A DNA stretch of 12,533 bases, from positions 1 to 12,533 of the forward strand of contig JAGYLS010000051.1 in NCBI GenBank assembly GCA_018400815.1, given 5' to 3'. The notes beneath the pieces are model-generated. The model was given only the letters and a program-made list of their open reading frames with translations. It ran no database searches and was not told where the DNA came from. Made by a program: the position numbers and the translations under genes. Origin of the DNA: Candidatus Oleincola secundus (GTDB taxonomy: Bacteria > Atribacterota > Phoenicimicrobiia > Phoenicimicrobiales > Stramentimicrobiaceae). Positions within the stretch are counted from its first letter, which is position 1. The number at the start of each line of letters is the position of its first letter. Shown here one piece after another: positions 1 through 6,252 of the stretch.

Positions 1-141
1 GGGAAAATTCAATTGGATGAAAATTATTGGAATTATTCAAGAACTACTCAAAAATATAGAAATATGTTTTTGAGGGAATATACAGAAGATACTAGGAAAA
101 ATATTGAAAATGGTGTTTATATTTTAAAAGATTTAAATTAA
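1..141 (+). CDS. 3' end of a phage hypothetical protein (runs off the left edge)
   Basis: Frame 1 is open from base 1 to TAA at 139-141: GKIQLDENYWNYSRTTQKYRNMFLREYTEDTRKNIENGVYILKDLN. The W-x-Y-S-R-T-T-x-K-Y-R-N-x-F-L pattern resembles an uncharacterised phage early-gene family (recalled, not searched). Confidence 0.75.
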   Translation, partial: GKIQLDENYWNYSRTTQKYRNMFLREYTEDTRKNIENGVYILKDLN

Positions 142-151
142 GGGGAAAGAA

Positions 152-511
152 ATGAAAATAACTATGATTATGACAAGATTAACGGAAGTGAAAATTACAA
201 AAACATTAGAATTTTTTATTAGAAATGATAAAGAAGTAACTGCAGAACAACACGATAAATTGTTACATTATCTTTATAAATGGTTAGTTTTAAATTCAGA
301 AAATGCTTCTTTTTCTCTGTATATATCTTTAGAAGATAATACAACTGTGTTTATGTATAAGAAAGATATTTCTGGTGGAACTTTTTTACAGTATTTTATT
401 TCTATGGATAAAGATGTTGTGTATACAGATGTTGAATTATCTTGTTCAAAGCTTATGGAAGATGTATATAAAACTTTAAGAATGTTTGATGAAACAAAAG
501 GGGGAAAATAA
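152..511 (+). CDS. hypothetical protein, 119 aa
   Basis: AAGGGG RBS upstream; stop overlaps the next start (TAATG). Confidence 0.75.
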   Translation: MKITMIMTRLTEVKITKTLEFFIRNDKEVTAEQHDKLLHYLYKWLVLNSENASFSLYISLEDNTTVFMYKKDISGGTFLQYFISMDKDVVYTDVELSCSKLMEDVYKTLRMFDETKGGK

Positions 512-756
512 TGTCAGTACCATTTTATGTAGTTTACAAAGATTTTAGGCATCTTGGCGGGTATCATGTCAGAAAATGTAATTCTAAAGAAGAGGCAGTA
601 GAATTTGTGCATGAAGATATGCAGGATAATGAAGAAGATGGAATTATGGTTGACCCAGCTGATTATGTATTAATTGAGGGATATAGATATGAAGTCTATA
701 ATGAATTAAAGGTTAGACCATATAGACCATTTGGGGGGGTAAATTATGGCGATTAA
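511..756 (+). CDS. hypothetical protein, 81 aa, acidic core
   Basis: AGGGGG RBS; translationally coupled to the previous ORF; overlaps the next ORF. Confidence 0.75.
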   Translation: MSVPFYVVYKDFRHLGGYHVRKCNSKEEAVEFVHEDMQDNEEDGIMVDPADYVLIEGYRYEVYNELKVRPYRPFGGVNYGD

Positions 757-1114
757 AAAAACATTCAGCGAAGGGGAATTTGTATCTGAATTTCAAAGTA
801 CATCACAAGGAGATTATTTTTCTTCTGATGGTTTAAGAGCTTTGTATAAGTATTATTGGGATTTATCAGAAGAATTTCAAGAAGATATGGAATTTGATTC
901 TGTGTTAATGAGTACTGAATTTGATGAGTTTTCTGATATAGAGCAATTAATGGAAAATTATTCTTATATTTACGATAATATTTTTGAAGCTGATGATGAT
1001 GTGGAAGAAAATTTAACTAGTGAAGAAATTGAAGATGAATTTTTAGAATATTTAAACTATAATAAAACAGTTATTGAATTAGATAATGGGGGGTTTTTAG
1101 TAAGTGAAAACTAA
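746..1114 (+). CDS. highly acidic phage protein, candidate DNA mimic
   Basis: Manual count about 34 D/E versus 5 K/R in 122 aa; G-run RBS at 733-739. Function is inferred only. Confidence 0.8.
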   Translation: MAIKKTFSEGEFVSEFQSTSQGDYFSSDGLRALYKYYWDLSEEFQEDMEFDSVLMSTEFDEFSDIEQLMENYSYIYDNIFEADDDVEENLTSEEIEDEFLEYLNYNKTVIELDNGGFLVSEN

Positions 1115-1129
1115 AGGAGATAAAATAAA

Positions 1130-1882
1130 ATGACAGATAAAGAAAACCAAATGATAAATGATTTAGATTTTCCTTGTAAAGAAAAAGTAACAATTAATGG
1201 AAAAGAGTATTTTATAGAAGTACTCTATGATGAAAATCCAGATAATCCTAGAGATTGGGATAATCTTGGCACAATTGCTTACAGTCACTCAAGATATGTT
1301 TTAGGGGATGAAATTATTAATGATAGATATATTTCTGCAGAAGATGCATTTTATCTTGATTTAGCAATTTATCAGGATGAACTTCCAGAGGAGAAGTTAC
1401 ACGCAAGTATTCTAAACTATTATGAACATGATGTTGAAGGAAAAATATATAGTGATGAAGTAACACGTGAAAAAATGATTGAATTTGTACATAATAAATA
1501 TATTATACTTCCAGTATATCTTTATGACCATTCAGGAATTACAATAAACACTACAGGATTTTTATGTAGGTGGGATAGTGGACAAGTTGGATTTATTTAT
1601 GTGGGTAAGGAAAAAGTAAAAAAAGAATTTGGTTGGAAAAAATTATCTCCAAAAAGAGAACGAATAATTAAGTCTATCTTACGAGGAGAAATTGAAACAT
1701 TTGATCAATATATTCGTGGAGAAGTATATATTTGTAATATTCAAGATATTGAGAATGAAGATAATTCTGATACTTGTGGAGGACTTTATAGTGTACTAGC
1801 AGTAAAAGAATTTATTTTAGATGTAGTGCAAGGTAAAAGAATTTATTTTAAACCTAATGAGGAGATAAAAAAAGATGAATAA
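1130..1882 (+). CDS. conserved uncharacterised phage/mobile-element protein, 250 aa
   Basis: AAGGAG RBS. Motifs NPRDWDNLG..H.RY.LGD, LPVYLYDHSGITI, WDSGQVGFIY, E.ETFDQY.RGEVY and DTCGG match a widespread family I recognise from phages/ICEs with no established function. Confidence 0.85.
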   Translation: MTDKENQMINDLDFPCKEKVTINGKEYFIEVLYDENPDNPRDWDNLGTIAYSHSRYVLGDEIINDRYISAEDAFYLDLAIYQDELPEEKLHASILNYYEHDVEGKIYSDEVTREKMIEFVHNKYIILPVYLYDHSGITINTTGFLCRWDSGQVGFIYVGKEKVKKEFGWKKLSPKRERIIKSILRGEIETFDQYIRGEVYICNIQDIENEDNSDTCGGLYSVLAVKEFILDVVQGKRIYFKPNEEIKKDE

Positions 1883-1883
1883 A
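1860..1883 (+). repeat. direct repeat copy 1 (AGGAGATAAAAAAAGATGAATAAA)
   Basis: 23/24 identical to 2122-2145; contains an RBS, an ATG and the upstream gene's stop. Confidence 0.9.
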
Positions 1884-2144
1884 TTTCATTTAAGTAAGTT
1901 AACAATAGGTACAATTTTTATATGTTTTATACTTTTTTTTAGTGCAATTTTATTTTTAATTTCACTTTTTAATGATCAAGATTATTATTGGTTAGCATAT
2001 TATACTTTTATATTTAGTGCTTTTTTTAGTTTTTTGACTACACAAATAATTGAAGTATTAAAACTTGAATTTGAAATATATAGTATTGACAAAACCATTA
2101 ATAAAATATATAATGAAATAAAGGAGACAAAAAAAGATGAATAA
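1875..2144 (+). CDS. small membrane protein with 2 predicted TM helices, 89 aa
   Basis: Two hydrophobic runs (LTIGTIFICFILFFSAILFLISLF; YYWLAYYTFIFSAFFSFLT); AGGAG RBS. Confidence 0.7.
   Translation: MNKFHLSKLTIGTIFICFILFFSAILFLISLFNDQDYYWLAYYTFIFSAFFSFLTTQIIEVLKLEFEIYSIDKTINKIYNEIKETKKDE
2086..2114 (+). promoter_or_regulatory. perfect sigma70/sigmaA consensus promoter
   Basis: TTGACA (2086-2091), 17 bp, TATAAT (2109-2114); lies just upstream of the RBS for ORF 2137. Confidence 0.85.
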
Positions 2145-2145
2145 A
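2122..2145 (+). repeat. direct repeat copy 2 (AGGAGACAAAAAAAGATGAATAAA)
   Basis: 23/24 identical to 1860-1883. Confidence 0.9.
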
Positions 2146-2325
2146 AAAGAAGCAAGAAGAATACAAAAAGTATCTTTAAATGGCAATGCTGTAAAAATGT
2201 TTGAAGTTTGGGAATTAATAGATAATGCTTGGGTGTTTCAAGGTAAAAATGTTGCTCCAGTAAAAGTTGCTGATAAAAACTTAATTAATTATGTTCAGCA
2301 ATTTGAGTTGGCAGACAAAGTGTAG
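2137..2325 (+). CDS. hypothetical protein, 62 aa
   Basis: AAGGAG RBS; first gene downstream of the consensus promoter. Confidence 0.8.
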   Translation: MNKKEARRIQKVSLNGNAVKMFEVWELIDNAWVFQGKNVAPVKVADKNLINYVQQFELADKV

Positions 2326-2329
2326 ATTG

Positions 2330-2418
2330 CTCTCAGAGAAGCGAGAAGGTATCTAGAATTGATTTTATATACAAAGTAGTACATGGGTATACAAAAGGAG
2401 TAAAAAAGGCTATGAGAG
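2330..2418. other. nested imperfect inverted repeats in an intergenic gap
   Basis: Outer arms CTCTCAGAG (2330-2338) / CTATGAGAG (2410-2418), 8/9 paired. Inner arms TTTTATATAC (2363-2372) / GTATACAAAA (2387-2396), 9/10 paired. Confidence 0.45.
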
Positions 2419-2924
2419 AGAATATGATGATAATGAAAGAATATCATTTTGGGGCTGATGAAATATCAGCAATTTGGTATAAAGATAAATATACTCTTAC
2501 AGAAAGTAAAATTATAACATTTAAAAATAAAGCTTATGTTTTTGATAACTATGCTAGTTTTGAAAATAAGATTATATCCTTTGCAGATGAACATATAAAT
2601 GGAATATCTCATAGAACACGAGTAGATATAATTAGAAAAATGTTAGAGTGGTATGATATATGTTTAGAAGAAGATTTTTATTTGTTTCTTTTAGAAAGAA
2701 CTCTTATGCAGGGAAATAGACAGAAAGAAACAATAATATTGTGTGAGTATTTATTAAATATATGTTCAAGTTTTAAACAGATTGATGAAATTTTAAGTGA
2801 CTATACTGGTTATGATCCATTTTTATATAAAAATGGGTTACATAAAGCTTACTATGAAACATTTATTACTTTAGCAAAAACAGCAATTTTAGTTGCAAAT
2901 GATAGGGAGGAGGAAAGTATATGA
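2412..2924 (+). CDS. hypothetical protein, 170 aa
   Basis: AAGGAG at 2395-2400; ATGA overlap with the next gene; exact start uncertain. Confidence 0.75.
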   Translation: MRENMMIMKEYHFGADEISAIWYKDKYTLTESKIITFKNKAYVFDNYASFENKIISFADEHINGISHRTRVDIIRKMLEWYDICLEEDFYLFLLERTLMQGNRQKETIILCEYLLNICSSFKQIDEILSDYTGYDPFLYKNGLHKAYYETFITLAKTAILVANDREEESI

Positions 2925-3124
2925 AAAATTATAAGATATATGATGATAGAGATTTAGGGTATGTAAGTGTTGCAAATGAGAATGAAAATATTCAAATAAG
3001 TGTTATTGGAAATAAAGGATTCGAAGATTTATGGGCTTTTATTTATAACAATCATAAATATCAGTCAACAAACATTAGTTACCTAATTAATAAAGCAAAG
3101 AATTTAATTAATAAAAATAGTTAG
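2921..3124 (+). CDS. hypothetical protein, 67 aa
   Basis: GGAGG RBS and ATGA coupling. Confidence 0.7.
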   Translation: MKNYKIYDDRDLGYVSVANENENIQISVIGNKGFEDLWAFIYNNHKYQSTNISYLINKAKNLINKNS

Positions 3125-3149
3125 GGAACTAAGTAAATAGGAGAAAATT

Positions 3150-3422
3150 ATGACTATTAAAAAGGCAATTGAAAGAACAAAGCAGGAAGTAACAAAAAAT
3201 ACTGAATGGAATACGCATTATCAAATGTGGGAACAGCAAGTTAAACCTGCAGGGATGGATACAGTTGCATGGATGAAAGCTAGGAAGTTGGCGTATGCAA
3301 GTGAACTGCTTGATTATGATTATAATGAAGCATGGGATTTTGCATTACAGCCAGGGGGATGGGTTGAATTGTTATATGATTTTATCAGGAGGGAACATGC
3401 ATATACACAAAGAACAAGATAA
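3150..3422 (+). CDS. hypothetical protein, 90 aa, Trp-rich
   Basis: AGGAG RBS upstream of the ATG. Confidence 0.75.
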   Translation: MTIKKAIERTKQEVTKNTEWNTHYQMWEQQVKPAGMDTVAWMKARKLAYASELLDYDYNEAWDFALQPGGWVELLYDFIRREHAYTQRTR

Positions 3423-3633
3423 AATACCAATGGAATTTGGGCTTGTTTGGACAAGAGAAGAAGTTAAAGAATTTTTAGATAAGCAAGGCTTTTCTTTTTC
3501 TGATAAGCAGATAAATAAGTTTATTAAATATTTAAAGGGAAAAATTAATAAAGATACTGGACTGAATTATGATATGCTTGAATTATTTGCACTTGATTTT
3601 TCTTTTAGATATTTGGAGGATGTAAAAATATGA
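3397..3633 (+). CDS. hypothetical protein, 78 aa (start revised from 3295)
   Basis: AGGAGG precedes the in-frame ATG at 3397 (MHIHKEQDK...); this start avoids a 128-bp overlap with ORF 3150. Confidence 0.7.
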   Translation: MHIHKEQDKIPMEFGLVWTREEVKEFLDKQGFSFSDKQINKFIKYLKGKINKDTGLNYDMLELFALDFSFRYLEDVKI

Positions 3634-3806
3634 TTACATATGCATTGAAAAATAAATTACTGCAGGATGATTTAATAATATTAGACTATATTTGTGATCA
3701 TGCAAATACAGTTTTACACGCTTGGGAAATATTAAATTTATGTGATATTTCAGACAATCAAAAGTTGCGTATACAAATGAATGCAATATTTCATGAGGAG
3801 AAATAA
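3630..3806 (+). CDS. hypothetical protein, 58 aa (not in ORF track)
   Basis: MITYALKNKLLQDDLIILDYICDHANTVLHAWEILNLCDISDNQKLRIQMNAIFHEEK; GGAGG RBS, ATGA overlap, stop abuts the next start. Confidence 0.75.
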   Translation: MITYALKNKLLQDDLIILDYICDHANTVLHAWEILNLCDISDNQKLRIQMNAIFHEEK

Positions 3807-3989
3807 TTGATAGGATTAAGTATTGGGATTATTATTTGTTTTATTTTAGGGGCCGTATTTGAAACTAAACACACAAAAGTATCAGGGCTTTTAAGTGCTT
3901 TTTTCTTTGGAATAGTAATATTTTTAGTAGGAATTTTACTATTAATGTCAGTAGGTGATTTAGGAGCATCTTTAATTAATTTAAAATAG
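3807..3989 (+). CDS. small membrane protein with 2 TM helices, 60 aa
   Basis: TTG start with GAGGAG RBS; two hydrophobic segments. Confidence 0.65.
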   Translation: MIGLSIGIIICFILGAVFETKHTKVSGLLSAFFFGIVIFLVGILLLMSVGDLGASLINLK

Positions 3990-4000
3990 GAGTAGAAATT

Positions 4001-4399
4001 ATGTATAGTAATGTTGCGTTTTGGTTATATGGGGTAAATGTTGTAAATAATATATTTGGGGGGTTAGGGGTAATTTTAGGTCTATTATTACTTGGAAGAT
4101 TTACATATTTGTTATATCTCTATATAGATGACCATCCCACAAAATTAAAAATAAAAGAAAAAAGAAAAGTGTTTAGAACACTGATATGGGTTTTTATAGC
4201 TATAAGTATAGCATCTTTTATACCTAGTCAAGAAGAGTTATTAATGTTTATGGTTGCAGATAATATTGATACATATATTATGCAAAATTCAGAATCAGCT
4301 TTATCCCCACAAAGTATATTGCAGAGTGTAGATAATACAAGTAGAATTATATTGGGTATATCAGAAGAAATAAAAACATTTTTTGAGGGGGTTTTATGA
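4001..4399 (+). CDS. phage membrane protein of unknown function, 132 aa
   Basis: AGGAG RBS; TM segments followed by a FIPS.E motif resembling a common phage membrane-protein family. Confidence 0.8.
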   Translation: MYSNVAFWLYGVNVVNNIFGGLGVILGLLLLGRFTYLLYLYIDDHPTKLKIKEKRKVFRTLIWVFIAISIASFIPSQEELLMFMVADNIDTYIMQNSESALSPQSILQSVDNTSRIILGISEEIKTFFEGVL

Positions 4400-4575
4400 C
4401 ACTTGTAGTATGTTTGATATGTGGTAGTGTTAGACATGAACCAGAAGCAACAGGGATGGTTATAAATTCAGAATCAAAAAGTAAGAACTTTGAAATATGT
4501 CCCTGTCCTGTTTGTGGAGAAACTCAGTTGTTTGATAATTACGAAGTACAAGCTTCTGAAACAAACAATTATTAA
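4396..4575 (+). CDS. small zinc-ribbon protein, 59 aa (not in ORF track)
   Basis: MTLVVCLICGSVRHEPEATGMVINSESKSKNFEICPCPVCGETQLFDNYEVQASETNNY has CxxCG...CPxCG; GAGGGG RBS; ATGA overlap. Confidence 0.8.
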   Translation: MTLVVCLICGSVRHEPEATGMVINSESKSKNFEICPCPVCGETQLFDNYEVQASETNNY

Positions 4576-4593
4576 ATAAGGAGAAAAATAATA

Positions 4594-5112
4594 ATGGAAA
4601 TAAAAGATATGTTAAATAGTCCAGAAGTAGAAGAATATCTTTCTGAAATATACACAAAGGAAGATAAAAAAGAATTAATTAATAATACACGTAATTTAAT
4701 TAAAGATCAAAATAAAAAAAATACATCTTGGCTTACTACTGACTTTATGAAATTTATGCCTATTCTGTTAGGATTAAATATTGTAAACATTGAAAGAGAA
4801 GATATAGAAGATGAAAATGATAATTTTATTAGATTAAATCTTACTTGTCAAGATGAAACTGGTAACACTTTAAACTACTATATAGGTTATTATAATGAAG
4901 TAGTATTTGCAACATTATTTGCATGGCTTTTTGATTATGTTGATAGTCTTTCTAGGGAAAACAAAGTAGAAGACCCAATTATGACTATTATACCTGTACA
5001 GCAACATCAACTTACAAATATCTTTTATATTGTACACACAGGATTTTTTACTGAACAAAAAATTGAAGTTCTTAAAAGTATGTTAAGATGGATTTATGTG
5101 TTACTGTACTAA
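4594..5112 (+). CDS. hypothetical protein, 172 aa
   Basis: AAGGAG RBS; last gene of the plus-strand block. Confidence 0.8.
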   Translation: MEIKDMLNSPEVEEYLSEIYTKEDKKELINNTRNLIKDQNKKNTSWLTTDFMKFMPILLGLNIVNIEREDIEDENDNFIRLNLTCQDETGNTLNYYIGYYNEVVFATLFAWLFDYVDSLSRENKVEDPIMTIIPVQQHQLTNIFYIVHTGFFTEQKIEVLKSMLRWIYVLLY

Positions 5113-5384
5113 GATTTTATAATAGATGTAGTTTTACCTTGATCATTCATAATATAAGCAGGTGATGCAGTGTACACAATATCCTGCTTATCTTTATATA
5201 GTAAAATTATTTCATTAAATACATCATCTTCTGTGTGTTTAGAACTATACAAACATATAGAAGATGAATGTTTTATTTCTTCTATTGATACACTATTATA
5301 CCGCACGATATAATTTTCAAAACTATCACTGCCATACTCTACTTTTTTGCCTTCTGGGCTATACCCTATAAATTTTATTAACAT
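5109..5384 (-). CDS. phage hypothetical protein, 91 aa
   Basis: Coupled to terS (TAATG; AAGGAG RBS in the terS 3' end). The C-terminal AYIMNDQGKT motif resembles a common small phage family. Confidence 0.8.
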   Translation of the reverse strand: MLIKFIGYSPEGKKVEYGSDSFENYIVRYNSVSIEEIKHSSSICLYSSKHTEDDVFNEIILLYKDKQDIVYTASPAYIMNDQGKTTSIIKS

Positions 5385-6082
5385 TATTCTTCTTCTCCTT
5401 TTTCTTTTTTTACTGGTTTTATTTTTACATCACTATTTTCTAAACTCATTTTCATCAACTCTTCTGCGCTTTCAACACCTTTAATTGGAGCACTTTGCAA
5501 TACTACATTAAATACATTGCCATCAGCCTTTTCTTCAACATCAAGTTTATCAAATATTTTCATAAGTTCAATTAACTGTGCTCTAGCAGTACTTCTTTTT
5601 GCAAGTTTTATATTAGTAGTTTTTACATCAGCATCTTTACCCCAATATTTTGTTTCTATACCTTCAATTACATGTTTACGTACATATACAGGTAATTTTT
5701 TAATATCGTCTACAGTTAGTTCGCCATCTTTATCAATAATATCTGCAACATCATACGTTGCTGAAGCTATTAAACCTTCAATAAGTGTGCTTGGAATAAT
5801 TTGTTTTTTAGCTTCTACATGTTTAGTCAATAATCTTGTCACAGCTTCTTTAACATTCTTACGAGAAGCCATTCTTTTAGCCTGCATATAAAATGTAGAC
5901 TTTTTTAATTTACGTCTCTTTTCAGTACCTATGACAGCTTCCCAGGCAGCTTTTTCATCAAAATTATTATTAACATATTCATATAAGAATTGTAACTCAT
6001 CAGGTGTCAATTCTAAACCTTTCAATTCATCTACTTCAGAGAGATCAAATTTTTTATGTTGGGGAGTAACAGATGTATTCAT
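5384..6082 (-). CDS. terS: terminase small subunit
   Basis: N-terminal LT..E..F..EY...F....A...A.RM....NV..A helical pattern, then A..DV.D..D.DG.L...DI.KLP......IEGIE and IKL..R..A...L, matching the Terminase_2 (SF6/SPP1 G1P-like) layout; GAGG RBS. Confidence 0.8.
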   Translation of the reverse strand: MNTSVTPQHKKFDLSEVDELKGLELTPDELQFLYEYVNNNFDEKAAWEAVIGTEKRRKLKKSTFYMQAKRMASRKNVKEAVTRLLTKHVEAKKQIIPSTLIEGLIASATYDVADIIDKDGELTVDDIKKLPVYVRKHVIEGIETKYWGKDADVKTTNIKLAKRSTARAQLIELMKIFDKLDVEEKADGNVFNVVLQSAPIKGVESAEELMKMSLENSDVKIKPVKKEKGEEE

Positions 6083-6142
6083 AAAATTCCTCGTTCTATT
6101 TATTTAGTATACTAAGAGTTAATCTTACTTAGTATTATTAAT

Positions 6143-6171
6143 ATTATACTGTATATTTTCAATTTAATCTA
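6143..6171 (-). promoter_or_regulatory. putative promoter for terS
   Basis: Minus strand TAGATT (6171-6166), 17 bp, TATAAT (6148-6143). Confidence 0.55.
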
Positions 6172-6189
6172 ACTCAGATAAAATAAGAC

Positions 6190-6218
6190 TTGATTAAGTT
6201 GAAAAGAACTGTTATACT
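6190..6218 (+). promoter_or_regulatory. putative extended -10 promoter for the replication operon
   Basis: TTGATT (6190-6195), 17 bp, TATACT (6213-6218), with TG at 6210-6211; AAGGAG RBS follows. Confidence 0.7.
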
Positions 6219-6252
6219 GAGATTAGCATAAGTATAAGGAGTAAAAATAAAA

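Noticed and set aside
733..739. G7 tract (and other G runs) as a phase-variation site
   Set aside because: Short, and explained as RBS or Gly-Gly codons; no frameshift is visible.
3295..3396. N-terminal extension of ORF 3295..3633
   Set aside because: Long overlap with ORF 3150 and no RBS; ATG 3397 has AGGAGG.
4228..4657. Minus-strand ORFs 4228..4437 and 4460..4657
   Set aside because: Antisense shadows of well-supported coupled plus-strand genes, with no recognisable features.
5517..5891. Plus-strand 124-aa ORF
   Set aside because: Entirely antisense to terS, with the Ser/Ile-rich composition typical of a shadow frame.
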